Virus record (IMG/VR): IMGVR_UViG_3300042691_023046
Coordinates: 1 to 64,000 of that record
Direction: 5' to 3' (one strand)
Length of the DNA stretch: 64,000 bases
From: a virus
The notes under the pieces: model-generated
Database searches by the model: none
Told to the model about the DNA's origin: nothing
The model's input: only the letters and a program-made list of their open reading frames with translations
Part shown: positions 49,623 to 60,113 of the stretch, piece after piece
Layout of the letters: every line of letters begins with the position of its first letter
Numbering within the stretch: position 1 is the first letter of the stretch
Made by a program: the position numbers and the translations under genes

Positions 49623-50711
49623 ATGGAAACAGACAACAATCAACAATTCCAAGTAGCAGCTTCTCAATTAAAAGGTGTACAATTAGATAAACCAGTAGAA
49701 GTACCAATTATTACACCAGAACCAGTATTAGGTGAAGATGGAAAACCAATAGCAGTAATACCAGAAGTAATAGAACCAGATTTACCTGATTTTATTAAAA
49801 CTTTAATAGGTAAACAACCAGAAACAGTAGCAAATAATAATGATGGAAAAACAAAAGGTGATGAACCCCATCCAAATTTTTCAGCTATTGAAAATCTTTT
49901 AAATGATTGGGGAATTAAACCCGATGAAATAGAAGGAGTAGATATTAAATCAAATGATTTAGATGATATAAAAAAAGTATTTTCTAAACGTGAAGAACTA
50001 ATAAGAAAAGAAGCAGTTACAACATTAAGACCAGAAGTACAAGCTTTACATGACCATTTAGAAAGTGGAAAAGGTTTGGATTCTTGGAATAAAAAACAAG
50101 AAAGTATTAATTGGGAAAATGTTAAACAAAATTTAAAACAAGATGATATTGCTACTTTAGAACAAATAGTAAGAAATGGTTTAGTAAGTTCTGGTTTAAA
50201 AGATACAGTTATTAAATCTGCAATTGAAAGTTTAAAAGATGAAGATGCTTTATATACCACAGCACTTGATTTTGTTAATAAATTTGATGCAGCAGATAAA
50301 GCAGCTATAAAAGAAATAGAAGATGCGGAAATTGCTATGAATTTAGCTAATAAATCTGATATTGAAAAAGTTGTTAATACTGTAAGTGATATAGTTAAAT
50401 CAGGTACTTTTAAATTATCAGATAATCATAGTTTTAATATACCAGAAGTAGAAAGAAAAGAATTTTTAGAAACAGTTCTTGACCCTAGTAAAAAAACAGC
50501 TTTATATGAAAGTTTAGATTATAATCAATCTTTAGCAGTAGATTATATAGTGAGTAAAATTAAAGCAGGTAAAATAGCAGATATAAAATTTGGCACAGTA
50601 GTTAAACCAACTATTGTTGTAAAAGGAAGTAATCCTGTTAAAGTTAATGGTAATGAAGTAGAAGGAGGAGAGTTGTCATTAGAAAAAATGAGAGAACGAA
50701 TGAGAAACTAA
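49623..50711 (+). CDS. Putative capsid scaffold/assembly protein
   Basis: Acidic helical protein between portal and MCP. Confidence 0.6.
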   Translation: METDNNQQFQVAASQLKGVQLDKPVEVPIITPEPVLGEDGKPIAVIPEVIEPDLPDFIKTLIGKQPETVANNNDGKTKGDEPHPNFSAIENLLNDWGIKPDEIEGVDIKSNDLDDIKKVFSKREELIRKEAVTTLRPEVQALHDHLESGKGLDSWNKKQESINWENVKQNLKQDDIATLEQIVRNGLVSSGLKDTVIKSAIESLKDEDALYTTALDFVNKFDAADKAAIKEIEDAEIAMNLANKSDIEKVVNTVSDIVKSGTFKLSDNHSFNIPEVERKEFLETVLDPSKKTALYESLDYNQSLAVDYIVSKIKAGKIADIKFGTVVKPTIVVKGSNPVKVNGNEVEGGELSLEKMRERMRN

Positions 50712-50741
50712 TAAATATAAAAATTTTAATAATAAAATAAA

Positions 50742-52244
50742 ATGAACGGAAAAATAGCAAATGAACTAGTCTTAACACAAGACACTTATAAAGATAGTGC
50801 TTATTCAAGCATTACTGAATTAAGTAAAGCTTTACAGACTGATGCAGAATGGTTATCACCTATAGTAACTTTTTTATCTTATACAGATACTAAATACTAT
50901 ATGAAGAAAAACTACCCTTTTTTATACCAAACAGAAGGTAATAAAAATGTAGAAAGTTTAACTAAATTAGGTAATGCTAATTTTGAATACAAATATCCTA
51001 TTATAGGTAGATTAAAAACTACTAACCAAGTAGCAGTTACTTCTTTTTCATCTACAGACCAAGTAGGTAAAAATGGTATGCCTTTCCAAATGATATTTGC
51101 AGATAGACAGTTTTCAATAGGACAAACAGTTTATCCTTATGGTGTAAGTTCTAAATTACAATGTAGAGTATTAGTAGCACCAGAAAAAGTAAGTAATGGA
51201 TATAAATATACATTTAAAATATTTAATTCAAGTCCTACTTTGTTTTTACCTTTTCAAAGTTTAATAGCAGGAGCAGTTTGGAGTGCAGGTTTAAGAAAAG
51301 TTGCATTTGAAGGTTCAAAAGGAGGAGAATCACGTTCTCAATTACCTAGTACAGCAACTAATATGGTAACTTTAACTCGTAATACTTACAAGTTTAAAGG
51401 TAACGTAGATAAAAAAGTAATGAAATTTTCTATTCCTATAGATGGACAGAAATTTACTACTTATATGGATTGGGAATTGTTTTTAAGTAAAATTTATTTT
51501 AAAGAAGAACAAGAAGAAGATTTATTATGGTCGCAATATGGTAAAACTGCTAGTGGAGATTTCTCTAACTATGATGATGATGCTCCTATTACATCAGGAG
51601 CAGGTATTGAGCAGCAAATTCCTAGTAGTAATTCAGATACTTATAGTTTTTTAACTTTAAATAAGTGGAAAAATATTGTACGTGAGGTAACTTATGGTAT
51701 TAATGATGATATTACAGATTTACATGTTTACACAGGTAGAGGTGGTATGGAAGAATTTGATAATGCAGTTAAATCTGGATTTGTTAATTTCTTATCTAGT
51801 TCTAATGTATTAGCTAATAGTGATAAATTTATACAAGGTGCAAATTCTTGGGATATGACATTTGGTTCATATTTTAATAAATATCGTGTAGTTGATGGAC
51901 AAGTAATAACAGTACATTATCACCCATTATTAGATTTTGGTCGTAGAGCAAAAGCAGCAGTTAAGCATCCTGTTACTGGTTTTCCAATGACATCACATAA
52001 TTTCTACTTTATAGACCAATCACAAGTTGATGGTAAACCAAACTTACAATATGTAAGTGAAGATGGTAGAGAAAAAATGAAGATTGTACAAGGTATGACA
52101 GGTATGCCAGTAGGATTTACAGATAGTGTAAATGTTTCAACAGATAAAGATGAAACATCTATAGAATGGATGAAATCACATGGTATTTTAATTCGCAGAC
52201 CTTCTAGTTGTTTCAAATTAGAATGTACATTAAGCGGATTTTAG
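50742..52244 (+). CDS. Major capsid protein (crAss-type HK97 fold)
   Basis: 500 aa, with G.GI..QI, VYTG.GG..EFD, FG.YF..Y...DG..ITV.YHPL.D. Position fits. Confidence 0.9.
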   Translation: MNGKIANELVLTQDTYKDSAYSSITELSKALQTDAEWLSPIVTFLSYTDTKYYMKKNYPFLYQTEGNKNVESLTKLGNANFEYKYPIIGRLKTTNQVAVTSFSSTDQVGKNGMPFQMIFADRQFSIGQTVYPYGVSSKLQCRVLVAPEKVSNGYKYTFKIFNSSPTLFLPFQSLIAGAVWSAGLRKVAFEGSKGGESRSQLPSTATNMVTLTRNTYKFKGNVDKKVMKFSIPIDGQKFTTYMDWELFLSKIYFKEEQEEDLLWSQYGKTASGDFSNYDDDAPITSGAGIEQQIPSSNSDTYSFLTLNKWKNIVREVTYGINDDITDLHVYTGRGGMEEFDNAVKSGFVNFLSSSNVLANSDKFIQGANSWDMTFGSYFNKYRVVDGQVITVHYHPLLDFGRRAKAAVKHPVTGFPMTSHNFYFIDQSQVDGKPNLQYVSEDGREKMKIVQGMTGMPVGFTDSVNVSTDKDETSIEWMKSHGILIRRPSSCFKLECTLSGF

Positions 52245-52307
52245 TTTATAGTATTAAAGATAGAAATATCTGGTAATATATGGAGGTTCGATACCTCCAT
52301 AAACTAC
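52242..52307 (+). ncRNA. Mini tRNA-like element after MCP
   Basis: TAGTTTAT/ATAAACTA acceptor-like stem, GAAA-capped hairpin, T-arm GGAGG-TTCGATA-CCTCC. Confidence 0.6.
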
Positions 52308-52414
52308 ATTATTACATGTATGAGAAAAAAAAGATTTAAAGCAAGAGAGTAGTTATATTTTCTCCTTCATACAAGGTAACAAAAACATTATACAAATAAT
52401 AAAACAACCAAACA

Positions 52415-53509
52415 ATGACACAAACAACAACACCAGAAGAAAAACCAAGTTTATTAAAAAATAAAGCAGAAGTAAAACCAGAAATTTTAGTAGATGCTTT
52501 AGAAAATTTTACACCTGTAGCAGAATTAGGTATTAAACCAAAAGTAGATATACCATCAGAAGCAATTCCAGTAATAACTACAACAGATAAAGAAAAAAGA
52601 GTTATTAGAAAAGTAATCTTAAAAGTAAATAGAATGGAAAATGAACATTCTGTTATGCCTAAAGATTTAAGAGAATATAGACAAAGAATTAGTTCTGAAA
52701 TTAAAATGTTAGGAGGAATACCTACAACAGATTGTATTAAAGGTTTAACAAAAGACCAAGAAGAATACTTATTACCACAAACTTTAGGTATGCGCCCACA
52801 TGAAAATGGTTGGCAAGCTAGAGTAAGAGATTTTTGGTTAGATAGAAGTTTTATTATAGAAGGTGAAAAAACTTTAAATGCTAGTGCAACTATTAGAACA
52901 ATTACTAATTCATTAGGTCAATCAGTAGAAATAGAAGTTCCTGATAATTTAGATGAATATATTAATTGGGGTATGGCTATGGAAAGTTCAAAAGTAGCTA
53001 AAACAAAAATGGAAAAAGATAACAGTTCGTTATATGCTGTTATAATGGATGATACAGCAGAAATCGAAAGAAAACAAATAGAAGATTTAAGTATATTAGA
53101 TGCAGCAGATTTAGCTTATGTAAATTTAATAAGAGATAGTTCAACCGAAGCTACATCTAATAAAATAGATTGGATTTTAGCTAAAATTAAACAACCTAGT
53201 GAAAATTATTATTCAGCTTCACCAGAAATTAAAAAATTAAGAATTAGACGATTTAAAGATGAAAATCCTACTTCTTTTATAGAAGAATTAAAAAATCCAA
53301 ATTTAGAAGCAGAAGCTTTAATTAACACAGGATTAAATGAAGGAGTTATTTCATTAGATGGAACAACTTATTTCTTTGGATTAGAAAATTTAGGTACTTA
53401 CGCAGAAGCAGTACATTATGTAGGAAATGCTAATACACCAGAAAAAACAATGATATTGCAAAAATTAAAAAGCACTTTAAAAGTAGCTACTGGAAAAAAA
53501 ATTAAATAA
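52415..53509 (+). CDS. Conserved crAss structural-module protein
   Basis: Follows MCP. GLT..QE..LLP..LG......W...V..FW motif. Confidence 0.65.
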   Translation: MTQTTTPEEKPSLLKNKAEVKPEILVDALENFTPVAELGIKPKVDIPSEAIPVITTTDKEKRVIRKVILKVNRMENEHSVMPKDLREYRQRISSEIKMLGGIPTTDCIKGLTKDQEEYLLPQTLGMRPHENGWQARVRDFWLDRSFIIEGEKTLNASATIRTITNSLGQSVEIEVPDNLDEYINWGMAMESSKVAKTKMEKDNSSLYAVIMDDTAEIERKQIEDLSILDAADLAYVNLIRDSSTEATSNKIDWILAKIKQPSENYYSASPEIKKLRIRRFKDENPTSFIEELKNPNLEAEALINTGLNEGVISLDGTTYFFGLENLGTYAEAVHYVGNANTPEKTMILQKLKSTLKVATGKKIK

Positions 53510-53533
53510 AAATTTTAAATAAAATAAATAAAA

Positions 53534-55153
53534 ATGAATAAATTACTAATTTTAAGTGGTACAACAAACCAAACTTATGGTAGAAGTGCAGCTTCTACTA
53601 CTAAAAATACAGGTTTAACAACTGATATATTAAATGCAGGTTGTGTTGGTATATATGGTTTAGTAGGTACTGATGCTACTACAGCAGCTAATAACGGTAA
53701 AAACTGTTTAGTAGGTGATGTAGCAGGTACAGGAGTTATTACTGGTGCTGCATTTTTAGCAGGAGGTGGAGATTTTGTACAAGTAGTACAAGGTGTTAAT
53801 CCATTAACAGGTACACCTATATCAACACATATTATAAACCCTCGTAGAGTAACTAGAATTACTAAACAAGTTTATACTAGCCCTATTAATGAAGTTTCAT
53901 TTTTAGGTTGGAATGGAACAAGTGGTAGTTTAAATTTACCTACTATTACACAAGGTTCACAAGGTACTTTGTTATCAGTAGGAGTAGAACAAAATGCAAA
54001 TTTGCAAATCAGAAATCAAGAAGATTATGATACAGGAGTTTTATTAACAACTGATACAGGATACACTATATCTTCAAAACTTGTAGTACAAATGAATAGT
54101 GCTAATGGTTATTTAACTCAAAGAGGTTTTGTAACTGGTAATGGTACTCAAGCAGATTTTACAGGTACAGCTACAGCTATTCTTTATACTAAAGATTCTA
54201 CTACAGCTTCTTTTGTAATTCAAGATGCTACAAATGGTTGGGTAGCTAGTACAGGTACAGTAGCAGCAGGTGATACAATAGGTATTGCTCATGCTAATAT
54301 GAAATCAGTAACTTTTACAGCTACACTATTAGGTACAGGAGCAGGTAGAACAATCGTAACAATTGGTTCAACAATATATAATATAGCAGATGCAGGTACA
54401 GCAGCTCAAAATGCTACAGCTATTGCAGCAGCTATTAATGCAGGTTCTCAAGCAACAGCCACAGTATCTACAGCAGATGTAACTATAGTATTAAATCCTA
54501 GTTCATTAGGTGCTAAAATATTAGTACAATTAACTGCTGATGATGCAGCTTGGACTACACCTACTTTAACAGTAAATTCAACTACTGGTGATACAACAAA
54601 TGTTTTACATAGAGCATTAGCAACAGTTTCAGCAGCAGCTACTTTTGAATTAGATAGACCATATAGAGGTGAAACAGGTTATTTCTTAGGATTAACTTCT
54701 ACATCTTTAGGTACAGGTATTGTAACAGGTACAACTGAATGGGGTGTTAAAATGTTAATTTTAACAGCAGGAGATAAATATGAATATGCTAAACAAGGTG
54801 TTTTACAATATGCTACTTTAACTCAAAGAGAAATAACAGGAGCAGTAAATCCTTCTTATGGTTTTGGTACTGGTCAATCTGTAGCAGATATGGAAAAATT
54901 AACTGTAGTTTATCGTGGTCAAATTGACACAATAGATTTAAGAATGAAACAGTTACCTAGATATGCTAATTTAGCAACTAATTATGATTTTTATACTATT
55001 CAATACAGCACATTAAATGATAGAGATGCTTTAGAACAAAGTGTTGTAAATTTAGTAGATGTAGGTTTAGCAGTTCCAGTAGGACATGCAGGACAAGCAG
55101 TATTAGAAACAGTAATGAAAGCTTTATTTAGTTCTGCTGTAGTTAATTTCTAG
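53534..55153 (+). CDS. Probable auxiliary capsid/decoration protein
   Basis: T/A/G-rich, C-terminal G.G.G..VA.ME...Y...TI.Y. Followed by a terminator. Confidence 0.6.
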   Translation: MNKLLILSGTTNQTYGRSAASTTKNTGLTTDILNAGCVGIYGLVGTDATTAANNGKNCLVGDVAGTGVITGAAFLAGGGDFVQVVQGVNPLTGTPISTHIINPRRVTRITKQVYTSPINEVSFLGWNGTSGSLNLPTITQGSQGTLLSVGVEQNANLQIRNQEDYDTGVLLTTDTGYTISSKLVVQMNSANGYLTQRGFVTGNGTQADFTGTATAILYTKDSTTASFVIQDATNGWVASTGTVAAGDTIGIAHANMKSVTFTATLLGTGAGRTIVTIGSTIYNIADAGTAAQNATAIAAAINAGSQATATVSTADVTIVLNPSSLGAKILVQLTADDAAWTTPTLTVNSTTGDTTNVLHRALATVSAAATFELDRPYRGETGYFLGLTSTSLGTGIVTGTTEWGVKMLILTAGDKYEYAKQGVLQYATLTQREITGAVNPSYGFGTGQSVADMEKLTVVYRGQIDTIDLRMKQLPRYANLATNYDFYTIQYSTLNDRDALEQSVVNLVDVGLAVPVGHAGQAVLETVMKALFSSAVVNF

Positions 55154-55162
55154 TAAATTAAT

Positions 55163-55849
55163 ATGACAGTCAAAGAAGCATATATATATATTCAACAAGG
55201 GCTGCAAAATATTGCAGCCTTTGTTTATTCTGATGTGTTATTACCAGAATTAGATGTGTTTTGGAATGAAGGTACAAACAAATTAATAGAATTAGCTTTT
55301 CCTGATGAAAGTAACGATAATCAAAATAAAAAATATCAATCAGTACAAGCTAGTTTAGATGATTTAAGAGTATTAGAAATTTTAAATCATAGTCCTACTA
55401 TAACATCAGAAGCATTAGGTAGTTATACTACTAGTTATATAACATTACCTAGTAATTATAGACATTTGTTAAATGATACTACTACAGTTAAAAAAATAGG
55501 TTGTGAAACTTATGTACAAGCACCTAACAGATTAACTAAAAGTGAAGATATATATAATTTATTAGAAACATCAGTTTTTAAAACAAGTGTTAAAAGTCCT
55601 ATTTCAAGATTAACAGGAAATAGATTATATGTTTATCAAACATATAAAGGAATAAAACAATTTGATATAGGTGCTATACTTATAGATTATATTAAAAAAC
55701 CTGATGTTGTTGCTTATGGTAGTACTGGTAATACAGTATTACAATTTCCAGACCAAGTTTGTTTTAAAATAATAGATATAGTATTAATTTATATAGCTAT
55801 TGTAGCAGAACAAAACCCAAATAAAATTCAATTTTTAAGTAAAGTATAA
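55163..55849 (+). CDS. Tail ring (neck) protein
   Basis: MTV.E....I, E.D...N, DDLR.L, LP.NY..L, I.YIK.P pattern. Confidence 0.65.
   Translation: MTVKEAYIYIQQGLQNIAAFVYSDVLLPELDVFWNEGTNKLIELAFPDESNDNQNKKYQSVQASLDDLRVLEILNHSPTITSEALGSYTTSYITLPSNYRHLLNDTTTVKKIGCETYVQAPNRLTKSEDIYNLLETSVFKTSVKSPISRLTGNRLYVYQTYKGIKQFDIGAILIDYIKKPDVVAYGSTGNTVLQFPDQVCFKIIDIVLIYIAIVAEQNPNKIQFLSKV
55195..55226 (+). terminator. Terminator-like hairpin inside a CDS
   Basis: ACAAGGGCTGCAA-aata-TTGCAGCCTTTGTTT. Confidence 0.55.
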
Positions 55850-56721
55850 TGGTATTAAAAATAGTACAAACAGCAGAACTTAATCAAAAAGGTAATATAA
55901 TTACTTTAAAAGATATAACAGGAGCAGATAATATATTAGATAGTACTAAATATGCTACAGGAAGTACTAATTTAAATAGAAATATACAAAACTCTATTAG
56001 TGAAGTAATAATAACTACACCTACTAATACTGTTTACAGTATTGTTGATAATTTAGCTATGACAACATCAAATGCTAATATTATAGCTAAAGGTACTGTG
56101 TTTCCTAATGAAAGTACAACTAAACTTATTGCACCTACAGATATAGGATTAACTTCAAATTCTTTGTTTCCTGATGGTATTTATAAAATAGAAGTTTATC
56201 AACATTATTTGATAGATAATATAGAAGATGGAACAGGTTATAGAATAAGTGATTTATCTTTAACTTTAGGAGGATATACTAATACAATTAAATTAGGGTA
56301 TGTAGATACTTTATTGGGTAAATTTGTAGCCAATAATGATGGAGGAACACCTGCTTTATTAGCTTCTTATACACAATTTAATAATAATGTTTTAAGTGTT
56401 ACAGGTGATACAATGTTATGTGATAAACCTTTATTTACAAGTGTATTAGGTTATACATGTTTTGCTACATATAAAACAACATTATATGTAAAAAACACAA
56501 CTAATTTATTAAATTGTTTTCAACCTAAAATAGCTAAAATAAGTATATCTGAAAAATCATGTTGTGCTAGTTGTAAAGATACACCACAAAAAGCAATAGA
56601 AGATATTTTTTATGGTTTGTTTATAATAGATGCACAATTTGCAGATGGTTTATATGATGAAGCTAATAAAGGTATTTTAACATTAAATAAAATATGTAAT
56701 AATGAAGGGTGTAATTGCTAA
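55849..56721 (+). CDS. Putative tail hub protein
   Basis: DITG, PDGIY.I, Cys-rich C-terminus (CCASC...CNC). Confidence 0.5.
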   Translation: MVLKIVQTAELNQKGNIITLKDITGADNILDSTKYATGSTNLNRNIQNSISEVIITTPTNTVYSIVDNLAMTTSNANIIAKGTVFPNESTTKLIAPTDIGLTSNSLFPDGIYKIEVYQHYLIDNIEDGTGYRISDLSLTLGGYTNTIKLGYVDTLLGKFVANNDGGTPALLASYTQFNNNVLSVTGDTMLCDKPLFTSVLGYTCFATYKTTLYVKNTTNLLNCFQPKIAKISISEKSCCASCKDTPQKAIEDIFYGLFIIDAQFADGLYDEANKGILTLNKICNNEGCNC

Positions 56722-56993
56722 TGATAACTACAGAAGAATTAAATACTTTAAAATCAAGAACAACAGAATATTTTGCTCAATTAGGTAAAAATAATTTTAA
56801 TAGTTTAAGATTTGGTACAGAATTATGTACTACTAAATTTACTATTTTAAAAGAAGTATTAATGTATCAATGGGTTTTAAGTACATGGCAACAATACTTA
56901 GATGGTACAATAGTACCTGATGTTAATTATATAACACAATCAGATTTAGATATTATAGTAAATAGGTTAAATTATATAATAGATGGGATTTAA
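56715..56993 (+). CDS. Putative tail hub partner protein
   Basis: Small, overlapping ORF. Call based on position. Confidence 0.45.
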   Translation: MLMITTEELNTLKSRTTEYFAQLGKNNFNSLRFGTELCTTKFTILKEVLMYQWVLSTWQQYLDGTIVPDVNYITQSDLDIIVNRLNYIIDGI

Positions 56994-57717
56994 TATATTT
57001 TCTAAAGCTACACATGAATCAGAAGTAGGAAATACTTCATTTGATAAATTATTTGATTTAAACAAATCAAATGATTGTGGTTGTAAAGATGGTAAAGATG
57101 GGCAGTCCATAACTGTAGTTTCTTCTTCTTTAGATGAAAGTGGAAATACTATTGTATTATTTAGTGATGGTTCAACTGTTACAATTAATAAAGGTAATAA
57201 TGGGGCAGATGGTTCTAATGGCTCTAATGGAATAAATGGTACAGATGGAACAGATGGTACTAATGGTAAAAGTATTTCAGTTTTAAGTCAAACAATAGAT
57301 AGTAATGGTAATACAATTATTACACTTACTGATGGAGTTACTAATTGGAATATACTTGTTAATAAAGGGACTAATGGAACAAATGGAGTAGATGGAACTA
57401 ATGGTACAAACGGGGTTGATGGTATAGATGGAATAAATGGTACAGATGGAACAGATGGTAAAAGTGCTTATGAAATAGCTGTATTAAATGGTTTTGTAGG
57501 AACAGAAGCAGCATGGCTTCTTAGTTTAAAAGGTTTAAATGGAACTAACGGTACTAATGGAACTGATGGTACAGATATATCTACATTACCTTATTACAAT
57601 GAAGCAGGGACTTTAATATCACCTTCACCTAATCCTTGTTCAACTGGTAAAACTTATATTTTAACACATGGTTGTAAAAGTGGTGTGCCAACTTTTTATT
57701 GGCAAGAACAACCTTAA
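56983..57717 (+). CDS. Collagen-like fibre protein
   Basis: GxD/GxN triplet runs and GKSAYEIAV.NGF.GTE..WL.SLKG. Confidence 0.85.
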   Translation: MGFNIFSKATHESEVGNTSFDKLFDLNKSNDCGCKDGKDGQSITVVSSSLDESGNTIVLFSDGSTVTINKGNNGADGSNGSNGINGTDGTDGTNGKSISVLSQTIDSNGNTIITLTDGVTNWNILVNKGTNGTNGVDGTNGTNGVDGIDGINGTDGTDGKSAYEIAVLNGFVGTEAAWLLSLKGLNGTNGTNGTDGTDISTLPYYNEAGTLISPSPNPCSTGKTYILTHGCKSGVPTFYWQEQP

Positions 57718-57765
57718 TACTTTTTTAATTTTTAATTATCAAACAATTTAATTATATTTGCAATT

Positions 57766-58068
57766 ATGTGGGAATTTATAGAAAAATTAATAACAGATAT
57801 TACTGTATGTACAGCAGTAACAGTAAATAGTACAACAAAAACAGAAGCTTTATTAAATACTAGTAAAAGTTATAAATGTAAAATTATTGAAGTAAGAAAT
57901 ACTTCAAGTACTGATAATATAAGAGTATATACTAATAATTCAACAGAATATTTTACAATGTTACCACTTGAACGTAGAGTAGTTATGGTAAAAAATTTAA
58001 GCGATTTAGCATTTAGTTTAGCTGTAGGTACTACATCTACAAGAATAGAGTTAGTAATAGAAAATTAA
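57766..58068 (+). CDS. Hypothetical structural protein
   Basis: Beta-rich ORF in the tail region. Confidence 0.55.
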   Translation: MWEFIEKLITDITVCTAVTVNSTTKTEALLNTSKSYKCKIIEVRNTSSTDNIRVYTNNSTEYFTMLPLERRVVMVKNLSDLAFSLAVGTTSTRIELVIEN

Positions 58069-58081
58069 TAAATAAATTATT

Positions 58082-58783
58082 ATGACTAGACAAACAGCAA
58101 GAAGTTCATTAGGTAGTGGAGGAAGTTCATTAGTAAATGGAATACTACAAATAGCAGGAGGAGTTGGTTTAGACACTACTTTAAGAAATATAACTGACCG
58201 ACTAGGAACATTAAGTCCTTTAAATTTAAGTACAGCACAAGTAAATATAGGTGGTGGTACTTCATTAGGAAGATTAGTTATAAGAGGTGATGGTACAAAT
58301 CCAATTAATAGATTTGAAGATAGTACAGGAACTTTATTTTGGAGTTTAAATGCAGCAGCTACTATTCAACGAATAGGAGGTACAACTTCAAGTTTTCCAG
58401 CTATAAAAAGAAATGGTTCAGCAATTGATTTTAGATTAGCTGACGATAGTGCTTATTGTGCAATTAGTGCTTATGATGTTCAAGTATTTAACAGTAGGTA
58501 TTTTTTATTAGGTTCAAATTCGTCAGGTACAGCAGGAGTATTAATGTCGGGCTTAGGGCAAGGAATACTTAGTTTAACAGATGCAGGAGCAACGAATGGT
58601 ATTACACAATTAAGATTTGGTAGAGGTTCAGATATTGGTATTTTTAATGGAACAGGTAGTCCAGAAGGAGTAGTTACAGCACCAGCAGGTTCAATTTATT
58701 TAAATAAATTAGGAGGTGTTTTTACTAGTGTATTTGTTAAACAAACAGGAACAGGTAACACAAATTGGGTAGGTATAGGATAA
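58082..58783 (+). CDS. Tail fibre/spike-like protein
   Basis: G/T/S-rich, C-terminal GTGSPEGVVTAPAGSIY...K.TGTGNT.W. Confidence 0.7.
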   Translation: MTRQTARSSLGSGGSSLVNGILQIAGGVGLDTTLRNITDRLGTLSPLNLSTAQVNIGGGTSLGRLVIRGDGTNPINRFEDSTGTLFWSLNAAATIQRIGGTTSSFPAIKRNGSAIDFRLADDSAYCAISAYDVQVFNSRYFLLGSNSSGTAGVLMSGLGQGILSLTDAGATNGITQLRFGRGSDIGIFNGTGSPEGVVTAPAGSIYLNKLGGVFTSVFVKQTGTGNTNWVGIG

Positions 58784-58802
58784 TATATTAAATAATAAAA
58801 AT

Positions 58803-59111
58803 ATGATAGTATTAAATGAAATAAGTGTAATAGAAACAGGTGCAGAAGTAAGCTACAAAGCTAAAGAACTTACAATTAAGTATGAAGCTGATTTAGAAAC
58901 TGAATTAATTGATGGAGTTCTTACAAAAGTAGGAAAAATTAAAAGTTGGATATTTAATGAAACTGGTAACAATATAATGAGTGTTCAAAGAATTGATAAT
59001 GACAAAGATTTTATTGGTAAAGATATTTTAGGAGAATTACATAAAATATATATTATACAATTAAAATCATTAAATCCTAATTTAACTTTTATAGATACTT
59101 ATAATAAATAA
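58803..59111 (+). CDS. Hypothetical protein
   Basis: ORF. Confidence 0.55.
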   Translation: MIVLNEISVIETGAEVSYKAKELTIKYEADLETELIDGVLTKVGKIKSWIFNETGNNIMSVQRIDNDKDFIGKDILGELHKIYIIQLKSLNPNLTFIDTYNK

Positions 59112-59113
59112 TT

Positions 59114-59275
59114 ATGTTAAAAATTGAAATATCAGAACAAGAAGCTCAATTAATACTAAATGGGTTAGGAGAATTAAAAGCTAAAGAAAGTATTGAATTT
59201 ATTTTAAAATTTAGACTAGTTTGTGAACAACAAATAGAAGTTAATCGAAATAAACAAATAAATAAAAAAAAATAA
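59114..59275 (+). CDS. Small protein (53 aa), possible fibre chaperone
   Basis: MLKIEISEQEAQLILNGLGELKAKES..., below the track length cutoff. Confidence 0.55.
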   Translation: MLKIEISEQEAQLILNGLGELKAKESIEFILKFRLVCEQQIEVNRNKQINKKK

Positions 59276-59301
59276 AAGTTAAATAAAATTAATAAAAAAA
59301 A

Positions 59302-59622
59302 ATGACTACATTAGAAATGGCAATAATTGTGATAGGGGTTTTGTGGGGAATACTAGGAATACTAGTAGGTATAATTTGGAATGATAATAAAGCTAAAATA
59401 AAAGCTTTAGAACTAATAACAACTAATTTAGATTCAAGAGTTCAAAAAGTAGAAGATATTCAAGGTACAGCTATAAAAAATTTAGAAAAAAAGTTTGAAA
59501 AACTAGAAGATAAATTTGATATACTTACAACAAAAGTAAATGATTTAAGTAATTATATTACAACTTCTACAAAAACTGAATTAAGAATATTAGAAACTTT
59601 AGAAAACTTTAATAAAAAATAA
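59302..59622 (+). CDS. TM plus coiled-coil protein (holin-like)
   Basis: N-terminal TM segment, in the lysis cluster. Confidence 0.55.
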   Translation: MTTLEMAIIVIGVLWGILGILVGIIWNDNKAKIKALELITTNLDSRVQKVEDIQGTAIKNLEKKFEKLEDKFDILTTKVNDLSNYITTSTKTELRILETLENFNKK

Positions 59623-59623
59623 T

Positions 59624-59845
59624 ATGAAAACAAATGTATCATTTAAAGATAATCCTATTACTACAACAATAGGTATAATACTTATTATGGTAAGTGTAAT
59701 ATTACTTATTTTACCTTATTTTATAGTATTAAATGAAAGTGTACAGTGGTATATACCTGCTGTATTAGGAGGTATAGGTATATTATTTTTGTTAGCACCA
59801 GATAAATTAGTTTCAATTGTAGTTTCAAAATCAGATAAAATATAA
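59624..59845 (+). CDS. Putative holin
   Basis: 73 aa, two TM segments. Confidence 0.6.
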   Translation: MKTNVSFKDNPITTTIGIILIMVSVILLILPYFIVLNESVQWYIPAVLGGIGILFLLAPDKLVSIVVSKSDKI

Positions 59846-59847
59846 CT

Positions 59848-60102
59848 ATGAAAGAATTATTAGCAAAACTATGGGTTAGTATAAACCAATCAGATAGTAA
59901 AGATATTAGTATTTTTAATATTTTAAAAAGATTAAGTGAATCAAGTGAAGTTGAGAAAATTGTTATACCTAGTAAAACAAATGAAGAAATATACGCTATA
60001 GTATCTCCTAGTACAGGATTAATGTTTATTGATAAAGATATAAATAAAATAGTTTTTTATAATGGAACAGGTTGGGAAACTATAGTATCAGAAGTACAAT
60101 AA
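59848..60102 (+). CDS. Hypothetical structural protein
   Basis: T.EE..AI.SP..GL...D.D....FYNGTGW motif. Confidence 0.55.
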   Translation: MKELLAKLWVSINQSDSKDISIFNILKRLSESSEVEKIVIPSKTNEEIYAIVSPSTGLMFIDKDINKIVFYNGTGWETIVSEVQ

Positions 60103-60113
60103 AATTATAAATT

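Noticed and set aside
49664-50260. 198-aa antisense ORF, and similar ones at 2589, 4635, 11391, 16446, 17330, 34961 and 52004
   Set aside because: They lie antisense to well-supported genes, show no motifs, and are expected from codon bias.
57753-57760. TAnnTTTG promoter candidates at 57753 and 43982
   Set aside because: The -7 box is present but there is no TTG at the proper spacing, so they are too weak to call.
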